64,000 nucleotides of DNA, from NCBI GenBank assembly GCA_028534125.1, contig CM052817.1, forward strand, positions 36,582,001 to 36,646,000, given 5' to 3'. The notes under the pieces are model-generated. The model saw only the letters and a program-made list of their open reading frames with translations, searched no databases and was not told where the DNA came from. Every line of letters begins with the position of its first letter. Positions within the stretch are counted from its first letter, which is position 1. The translations under genes and the position numbers were made by a program. Origin of the DNA: Lama glama (Eukaryota). Of the stretch, positions 62,701 through 64,000 are shown piece by piece.

Positions 62701-63368
62701 TTTTTGTAGCTTTAAATGAAGATACCGATCATGTTTTATGCTTTGCTTTACCACATTATGCTATGTATCAGTTCCAGGCTTTGGGTTATTTTAAGCATGC
62801 ATTCTGAACCCCAAATTATTCCTAACACCATGCAGAGATAGAGTGCAAACCCTTGTAAATAAATATTACTGTGTTATGGAAATAGGGACATGAGATGCTC
62901 AGGGTATGTTCTGGTATGTTTACTGGTGGGAACATAACAGTGGTTGTATCACTGGAACAGTCAGTATGTACTGACCTTCCATTGTGTGCAGTTACAGAGA
63001 AAGTAAAAGCCTCAGCAATTAAAGATCTCCCAATTAAATGAAATGTATATTATAGATATATTGTCACCCCTTTAAAACCTTAAACAGCCCCAGCTCTCGA
63101 GAGGTATACACATACCAATTGGGTATGCTACATCTCCAGGGTAGTGGACGGAATTTCAAGAAAGAGTTGGCCTTGGCAGAAGTGGTTACAAGGCTGTGGG
63201 GACTTAAGGAGGGTGCTTGCTAGAATTCTTCATGAAATCACTTCACCAGTTCTGATTCTTGGAATTTGCTTTTTGTAGATATTTTCGGGGCTGTTGGTGA
63301 ATCTCAGAACCATTGCACCTTGGCTCTCGTGGCTTCAGTACTTCAGCATTCCTCGATATGGCTATACG
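32577..63368 (+). CDS. ABCG2: ABCG2/BCRP half-transporter, spliced CDS exons 2-14 (3' part outside window): join(32577..32779,38421..38480,39368..39482,40038..40190,43132..43289,46556..46707,48413..48517,49632..49882,54404..54486,58485..58574,59956..60080,61321..61475,63279..63368)
   Basis: 13 GT-AG exons of 203/60/115/153/158/152/105/251/83/90/125/155/90 coding nt join in frame to 580 codons with no stop. Walker A GPTGGGKS, signature VSGGE, Walker B ILFLDE and H-loop IHQP precede the TMD ([22 protein letters not shown]). Exon sizes match recalled human ABCG2 except exon 8 (+3 nt). Confidence 0.99.
34660..35580 (-). mobile_element. Old L1ME-type remnant
   Basis: tttattttgagatcatttc.., tttttctgaaccatttgaga..aagctg, cttgatcacctgg, cattgatgactc. 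Confidence 0.6.
36239..36449 (+). mobile_element. MER58A-like hAT-Charlie MITE
   Basis: TIRs caggagtcagc / gctgatccctg; perfect 8-bp TSD gactagaa (36231-36238 / 36450-36457). Confidence 0.9.
36878..36924 (+). mobile_element. Extremely 5'-truncated L1 tip
   Basis: gacacgacattgtaaactgactgtacttcagt+polyA; TSD gagctattgat / gagctatcggt. Confidence 0.8.
38421..38480 (+). CDS. ABCG2: ABCG2 exon 3 (Walker A)
   Basis: tttacag|TGGGATC...TCTTC|gtgagt; [19 protein letters not shown]. Confidence 0.98.
39368..39482 (+). CDS. ABCG2: ABCG2 exon 4 (Q-loop)
   Basis: ttcatag|GTTG...GTACAA|gtaagt; [38 protein letters not shown]. Confidence 0.98.
40038..40190 (+). CDS. ABCG2: ABCG2 exon 5
   Basis: ctttaag|GATGAT...TCTAAG|gtaatg; [22 protein letters not shown]...[10 protein letters not shown] (Q141 present). 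Confidence 0.98.
41585..42083 (-). mobile_element. ERV solo LTR in intron 5, inserted in an old L1 remnant
   Basis: TGTTACC...TGTTACA ends; flanks tatt/tagt; tttatt signal ~41653. Confidence 0.8.
43132..43289 (+). CDS. ABCG2: ABCG2 exon 6 (ABC signature, Walker B, D-loop)
   Basis: ttttag|GTTGGA...AAGAG|gtaaac; [52 protein letters not shown]. Confidence 0.98.
44165..45720 (-). mobile_element. Old L1MC/MD/ME 3' region
   Basis: atttctccaaggagccctggttcct..ttagaaaccgagatc..gtgtgctcactgctac; cagtgagaaactcggctcccat. Confidence 0.7.
46556..46707 (+). CDS. ABCG2: ABCG2 exon 7 (H-loop)
   Basis: cttag|GATGTCT...ATCG|gtatgg; [50 protein letters not shown]. Confidence 0.98.
47304..47508 (-). mobile_element. 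Young lineage-specific L1 3' end
   Basis: Perfect TSD tggttctatttt (47292-47303 / 47509-47520) followed by aa (L1 EN site). Confidence 0.9.
48413..48517 (+). CDS. ABCG2: ABCG2 exon 8 (NPADF motif)
   Basis: ttgcag|GTTAC...GAAG|gtacgc; [34 protein letters not shown]; 105 nt. Confidence 0.97.
48641..49012 (-). mobile_element. MLT1A-type MaLR LTR (similar elements at ~43720-43950 and ~57890-58243)
   Basis: ggctgctgtaacaaaa..agactgggtggcttaaacaaca..tggaggctggaagtccaagatcaag..ataccatcacattggg. Confidence 0.85.
49135..49270 (+). mobile_element. MER2-type (TcMar-Tigger) MITE
   Basis: ggtatccatgggga..ttccaggacccccc..gatacc..gctcgagtcccttata..gatacagagggccaactg-ta. Confidence 0.8.
49632..49882 (+). 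CDS. ABCG2: ABCG2 exon 9
   Basis: ttccaaag|CCGAGG...GCTCAG|gtaacc; ...[14 protein letters not shown]...[27 protein letters not shown]. Confidence 0.97.
51391..51563 (-). mobile_element. MER2-type MITE, opposite orientation to the 49135 copy
   Basis: ta-cagccagccccctcggtatc..cttgagcatctgtggattt..tgcggatacggagggacg. Confidence 0.8.
51839..52178 (+). mobile_element. MER58B-like hAT-Charlie MITE
   Basis: caggggtaggcaacc.tttctgtaaaaggtcaga..ggctgtgttccaataaaactttatt..ggccatagcttggtgac. Confidence 0.8.
54404..54486 (+). CDS. ABCG2: ABCG2 exon 10 (TM1)
   Basis: T19-ggaaaag|ATCATT...AACAG|gtgagt; [27 protein letters not shown]. Confidence 0.97.
54660..55770 (-). mobile_element. L1MA/L1MB-type 3' fragment in intron 10
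   Basis: aaaatacaca.aacataaaatttacc..aagtgtataattcagtggcatta; gtatatacccagaagtggga; aagtggtatctcattgtggttttgatttg. Confidence 0.85.
58485..58574 (+). CDS. ABCG2: ABCG2 exon 11 (TM2)
   Basis: atcacag|AGCCGG...TTCAT|gtgagt; [29 protein letters not shown]. Confidence 0.98.
59544..59789 (+). mobile_element. Young L1 3' end in intron 11
   Basis: 14-bp TSD aagatgctgacagg (59530-59543) / aagatgccgacagg (59790-59803) at a tt|aaga site; A-rich tail. Confidence 0.9.
59956..60080 (+). CDS. ABCG2: ABCG2 exon 12 (TM3)
   Basis: ttttag|ACATGA...GTTAG|gtaagc; [41 protein letters not shown]. Confidence 0.98.
60553..60578. repeat. (CA)13 microsatellite
   Basis: Direct reading. Confidence 0.95.
61321..61475 (+). 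CDS. ABCG2: ABCG2 exon 13 (TM4-TM5)
   Basis: gactaag|GACTGA...ATGATG|gtgagt; [51 protein letters not shown]. Confidence 0.98.
63279..63368 (+). CDS. ABCG2: ABCG2 exon 14
   Basis: ttgtag|ATATTT...TATACG|gtacgt; [30 protein letters not shown]. Confidence 0.98.
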
Positions 63369-64000
63369 GTACGTTCTCCTTGTCACTGTGACCAGTTCAT
63401 TGTTCCCGTGTTGGGAATGGCCAAAATAATGCCTAACCACCTCATGTCCCCAGCCACGAGCTGTGCAGGTTTTCAGAGAATGAAGTAGAGTTTCATGTTA
63501 TTAAGCCTTGGGTCACCTTGGGAATCACTGGGCATCTCCCCAGTCACCCTGTTGTTGGAGGAAGGTAATGGGTGGGGAGATAACTCATGGTGAAGGAGAA
63601 AGAGTGACTAATTGATGTGAAAAAATACAGTGTTTCAGTTCAGTAAGGAAATTAATGAGAGGATGGGAGCCTAGAATACGTATTTTAAATCGAAAGGAAA
63701 ATTAGAAGAAAAACGAAGACCATGTAATTCTCATAGCCACTATTGGCTTTAGAAAGCTAATCATCTCCAGAGAAAACCATGCCTTAATGTAGTATAAATG
63801 TCTCTAACTCCCAAGAATTAGAACTGGGTTTGATGAGAATAAACAAGAGCAATACAAAAGATTCTTACCATAAATTACCAATAGTCACTGAGCACCACTG
63901 TATCATTTTAATTACAGTGTTTATGGGGTCATCACACTGGGGGAGAAAAAGGAAAGGACTATAGGGTAACAGAACCAGAGATCTCCCCTCTTGGCTGAAT

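Noticed and set aside
32577..63368. ABCG2 pseudogene or a different ABCG paralogue
   Set aside because: Frame, splice sites and catalytic motifs are intact, and the exon structure and sequence are specifically ABCG2-like.

Overview
Mammalian genomic DNA (about 40% GC by eye, CpG-depleted, repeat-rich), most likely a camelid. That assignment is inferred from cetartiodactyl-type L1 3' ends, an artiodactyl-like protein, and the absence of recognisable Bov-A/Bov-tA/BovB, PRE-1 or CHR SINEs. The window holds most of the ABCG2 (BCRP) gene on the + strand: a CpG-island promoter with non-coding exon 1 (~5.5-6.2 kb), a 26.4-kb intron 1, and coding exons 2-14 (32,577-63,368). All exons are GT-AG and give 1,740 nt (580 codons) without a stop. 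Exons 15-16 lie beyond the window. Intron 1 contains a dense ERV/LTR cluster: a provirus nested in a related provirus, several solo LTRs (two with perfect TSDs), a chimeric L1 insertion and a 45-nt retroposed fragment of unknown origin. I found no new protein-coding system. The best leads are regulatory (alternative first exons, an LTR that looks exapted as a promoter, an ARE/TATA module, uORF switching) and retrotransposition oddities. Comparisons with human and cattle are from memory, not from alignments, and repeat family names are by recognition only.
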